Part shown: in pieces, positions 55,694 to 58,771 of the stretch
How positions within the stretch are numbered: the first letter of the stretch is position 1
Layout: every line of letters begins with the position of its first letter
Source of the DNA: Deltaproteobacteria bacterium
Lineage (GTDB): Bacteria > Myxococcota > UBA727 > VGSZ01
Reading direction: 5' to 3'
Assembly (NCBI GenBank): GCA_016874845.1
Contig: VGSZ01000005.1
Coordinates: forward strand, 1 to 58,771
DNA: 58,771 bases
Program-made: the position numbers and the translations under genes
The notes under the pieces: model-generated
Told to the model about the DNA's origin: nothing
Database searches by the model: none
What the model saw: only the letters and a program-made list of their open reading frames with translations

Positions 55694-56920
55694 GACGGCA
55701 CCTTCCGGGGCGGCGGCACGAACCACACCTACGTCGCGCCGGTGTCGTTCGGCTCGGCCCACGTCGACATGCCGCTGCACGACCTCGAGGGCCCGACGCC
55801 GCCGTGGGCCAAGGAGGTGGTCAGCGGCCACCCGACTCAGCTCATCGTCGGCCAGCCGTGGGGGAGCCCCGGCGACCCGCTGTGCACCAACCGCAACCCG
55901 CGCACCGCCCTGGGGCTGACCGCCGACCACCGCGCGTTGTTCGCCCTCGTCGTCGACGGGCGGCGCGCCGGCGCCGCCGGCTTCACCTGCGACGGGATGG
56001 CCTACGCGATGGCGCTCGAGGGCGCCTTCGCCGCCGTCGCCCTCGACGGCGGCGAAGGCGCCACTCTCGTCGTCGACGGGCAGGTGAAGTACCGGCCGTC
56101 CGGCGGGCAGCAGCGCCGCACCGGCAACCACCTGGCGTTCTCTGCGACGGGCAGCGGGCCGGCGCCGCAGTGCCCCGACTACGCCGACCCGATCTGCGAA
56201 GGGAGCGCGAACCTGCAGCGCTGCGCCGGCCCGTCGGGCACGTTCATCACGTCGTGCGAGGACGGCGCGGCCATCGCCCACGGCGACTGCGGCTTCTTCG
56301 GCGCCGGCTGCTCGCTGCAGGGCGGCCTCGCCCACGGCGTGCACCCCTCCTGCCTGCAGAGCCTCGCCGGCGGCGAGGACGGCAGCTTCTGCGTCGACGC
56401 GACGAAGATCGCGACCGGCACGCTGGGCCGCTACGAGGCCGTCGACTGCGGCGCCTTCGGCGCCCTGTGCAGCGAGGCCGGCGGCAACGACACCGACGCC
56501 CACTGCGTCCACCGCCTCTGCCACTCGAACCTGGACGGCGGCGAGAACGGCACCTGCTGCAAGGACCCGACGACGCTGGCCACCTGCACCTTCGGCGCCG
56601 ACGTCGCGCGCGCCTGCGTCGCCGCGGGGGGCGCTGCCCGCCGCGGCGAGGACCCCGAGACGCCGCCGCCGCCGTCCGACGCCGGCGTCCCCGACGACGC
56701 CGACGCCGGGGTCGTCGACGCCGGCAGCCCCGACGACGCCGACGCCGGCGTCAGCGACGACGGCGGTGACGATCACGCCGCCGCCGACCGGCCCGTCCTG
56801 CCGCCCGCCGTCAGCGCGGGCTGCGCCGCCGGCGCGGCGAGCCCGGTGGTGGCGCTGCTGGGGCTCGGGCTGGTCGCCTTCGGTCGTCGGCGTCGCGGTC
56901 GTCGGGGTCTGTCCGGCTGA
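55694..56920 (+). pseudogene. N-truncated phosphodiester glycosidase (NAGPA-like) with Cys-rich region and MYXO-CTERM-like tail
   Basis: RNPRTALG..VVDGR..ALDGGEGATL..RPSGG (canonical LDGGGS altered); tail GCAAG..hydrophobic..RRRR; no signal peptide or N-terminal half. Confidence 0.65.
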
Positions 56921-56923
56921 CGG

Positions 56924-58486
56924 TCACCAGCGCACGACCAGCTCGACGCGCGCGCCGGCGAAGGCCGGGAACTCGCGGCAGACGCCGGCGACGCACTTGA
57001 TGCCGCCACGCTGGGTGCCGAACGTGCCGCGCACGAGCACAGCGTCGCCGAGCTCCGCCGCCCCGATCACGGCGTGGAAGACCTTGCGCACGTCGGGGCC
57101 CTGGTTCTGCGTGTCGACGCCGAGCTCGTAGGACAGCCCACCGAGCCCGGCGCGCTCGAGCCCCACGAACGTGCTGCCCCGCGTGAAGCCGCCGTCGAGG
57201 AACGTCCACCACTGCGTGTTGCTCGTGGCGTGCAGCGCCAGCCCCTCGCCCAGGGAGATGAGCCCGTCGACATCGAGGTGGGCCATGCTGCGCAGCGGCA
57301 CCAGCGCCGGCAGCGACCCGCGTTGCTCGTCGCGCGCCCCCGCCGACACCGCCAGCCGCGACGCCCCGCCGGGCAGGCGCCACTCGAAGCCGGCGTAGCC
57401 GTGGACCTGGTGCAGCTCCGACGGCTTGTCGGGATCGTTGCGGCGGTAGACGCCATTGGCGAACACCAGCAGGTCGAGGTCGAAGAAGAAGTACTCGGGC
57501 CGCAGCCGCAGACCGACGAGGTCGCGGTTGTTGGCGACCTCCTGGTCGATGCGCTCCAGCGTCGGCGGCTGGTTGTAGTCGAAGCGGCTGCCGAGCACCT
57601 TGTTCTGGCTGCCCTTCTGCTCGAAGTCGCCGAGCAGCTGCACCTCACCGACGACGGCGAAGTCGCCCGCCCGCGCCTCCGACGTCGCGTACACCGCCGC
57701 GCCGGCCTGCGACGCGCCAGCGAGGTTGCGCCCCTGCGCCGCCGCCTCGCCAGCGAACGTCACGCCGGGTAAGAGGCGCGGCGCCGTCAGGCCCACCGAC
57801 ACGGTCGTCGCGTTGTCGACGAGGCCGGGCAGCAGCGCCTCACGCGGCTGCGTGTAGACGGCGTGGGTGGCCACGCGCAGGTCGGGCGTGGCCTGCAGCT
57901 CGCCGGTGGCGCCGACGACGAGATCGCCGGGGTCGGGCAGCCAGCGCTGGTTGATGGGGTCGATGTTCACCGGGTTGGTGGTGCCGCCAAAGACGAGCGC
58001 CGCGACATCGTCGGACTGCCAGCCCACCCGCGCGCCGCGCAGCGCCACGTCGACGCCGGCCTCGTTCAGCTTGCGCAGCGACAACAGCAGGCCGCGGCCC
58101 ACCTGCTGGTAGAAGTCGCCGCCCGTGAACTGCCACGCGCCCGGCGTCCATGACAGCGCCAGACGCTCGATCTGCGCGACGTCCTGGTAGCGGGCGTCGG
58201 GGCGCCGGGCGAACAGGGCCAGATCGATGCGCGCCTCGGTGGACAGTTCGCCGCCGTGGGCGCCGACGTTCAGCCGCTCGAGCAGCACGCCGTAGTCGTC
58301 GTCGACGACGCCGTTTTTGTTGTCGACGCGCCACTCGGTGATGGTCGTGCTCGTGCCTGTGGACGACGGTGGCGCCGCCGGCTCGACGGCCGCGGCCGGT
58401 CCGGCGCCGGCGATCGCGCCGACGACGCTGCCGGCGTACAGCGCGCGCGCGGCGTGGCGCGCGCGTCCTTCGAGCCACGATGGCAT
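56924..58486 (-). CDS. DUF6029-like outer-membrane beta-barrel protein
   Basis: Signal peptide; GDFYQQVGRGLLLS; C-terminal GTQRGGIKCVAGVCREFPAFAGARVELVVRW. Confidence 0.75.
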   Translation of the reverse strand: MPSWLEGRARHAARALYAGSVVGAIAGAGPAAAVEPAAPPSSTGTSTTITEWRVDNKNGVVDDDYGVLLERLNVGAHGGELSTEARIDLALFARRPDARYQDVAQIERLALSWTPGAWQFTGGDFYQQVGRGLLLSLRKLNEAGVDVALRGARVGWQSDDVAALVFGGTTNPVNIDPINQRWLPDPGDLVVGATGELQATPDLRVATHAVYTQPREALLPGLVDNATTVSVGLTAPRLLPGVTFAGEAAAQGRNLAGASQAGAAVYATSEARAGDFAVVGEVQLLGDFEQKGSQNKVLGSRFDYNQPPTLERIDQEVANNRDLVGLRLRPEYFFFDLDLLVFANGVYRRNDPDKPSELHQVHGYAGFEWRLPGGASRLAVSAGARDEQRGSLPALVPLRSMAHLDVDGLISLGEGLALHATSNTQWWTFLDGGFTRGSTFVGLERAGLGGLSYELGVDTQNQGPDVRKVFHAVIGAAELGDAVLVRGTFGTQRGGIKCVAGVCREFPAFAGARVELVVRW

Positions 58487-58490
58487 CGGC

Positions 58491-58771
58491 TCAGCGCTCG
58501 GCGAGCAGCGCGGTGATCGTGGCCTCGTACTTGCGCTCGTCGCCGGGGCTGTAGCCCTCGTGGCGGTAGGCGACGCGGCCCTGACGGTCGAGGAACAGCG
58601 TGTAGGGGTTGGCGGCGCGCGGGTTCAGCGCGGCGATCACGGTGCCGCTGCCGTCGTGGGCCACCGTCACCGACAGCCGCCGCCGACGCACCACCGACGC
58701 GATGTTCGCCGCCGTCTCGGGGCCGTCGGTGGCGATGGCGAGGACGACGAGGCCGTCCTTTTTGTGCTTCT
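58491..58771 (-). CDS. TlpA/peroxiredoxin-like thioredoxin-fold protein (partial, runs off right edge)
   Basis: KDGLVVLAIATDGP..NPYTLFLDRQGRVAYRHEGYSPGDE. Confidence 0.85.
   Translation of the reverse strand, partial: KHKKDGLVVLAIATDGPETAANIASVVRRRRLSVTVAHDGSGTVIAALNPRAANPYTLFLDRQGRVAYRHEGYSPGDERKYEATITALLAER

Overview
Very GC-rich chromosomal window, most likely from a Myxococcota-type (deltaproteobacterial) genome, judged from the many Ser/Thr kinases, FHA/TPR proteins, myxobacterial Cys-rich repeats and (GE)n-linker lipoproteins. Intact housekeeping genes (atpD, atpC, tuf, rpsJ, rplD, rplW, rpsL, rpsG, metK, kynA, pgl, a 7Fe ferredoxin) lie in unusually fragmented operons: rplC is missing between rpsJ and rplD, rplB does not follow rplW, fusA does not follow rpsG, and atpG does not precede atpD. 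The best candidate for an undescribed system sits where rplB would normally be. It is a tightly spaced three-gene unit encoding a Bacillus-type spore-coat transglutaminase (Tgl) homolog with intact catalytic motifs, a small beta-rich protein and a RimK/graspetide-like ATP-grasp ligase, preceded by a highly structured 400-bp spacer. Other notable items are a Cys/Asp-repeat lipoprotein paired with a beta-barrel carrying the same repeat, several signal-peptide-less proteins with S/T/P-rich leaders, about eight decayed accessory genes, and several extragenic palindromes. I found no tRNA, rRNA, CRISPR array or intact transposase. All family calls come from recognising motifs by eye; no database search was run.
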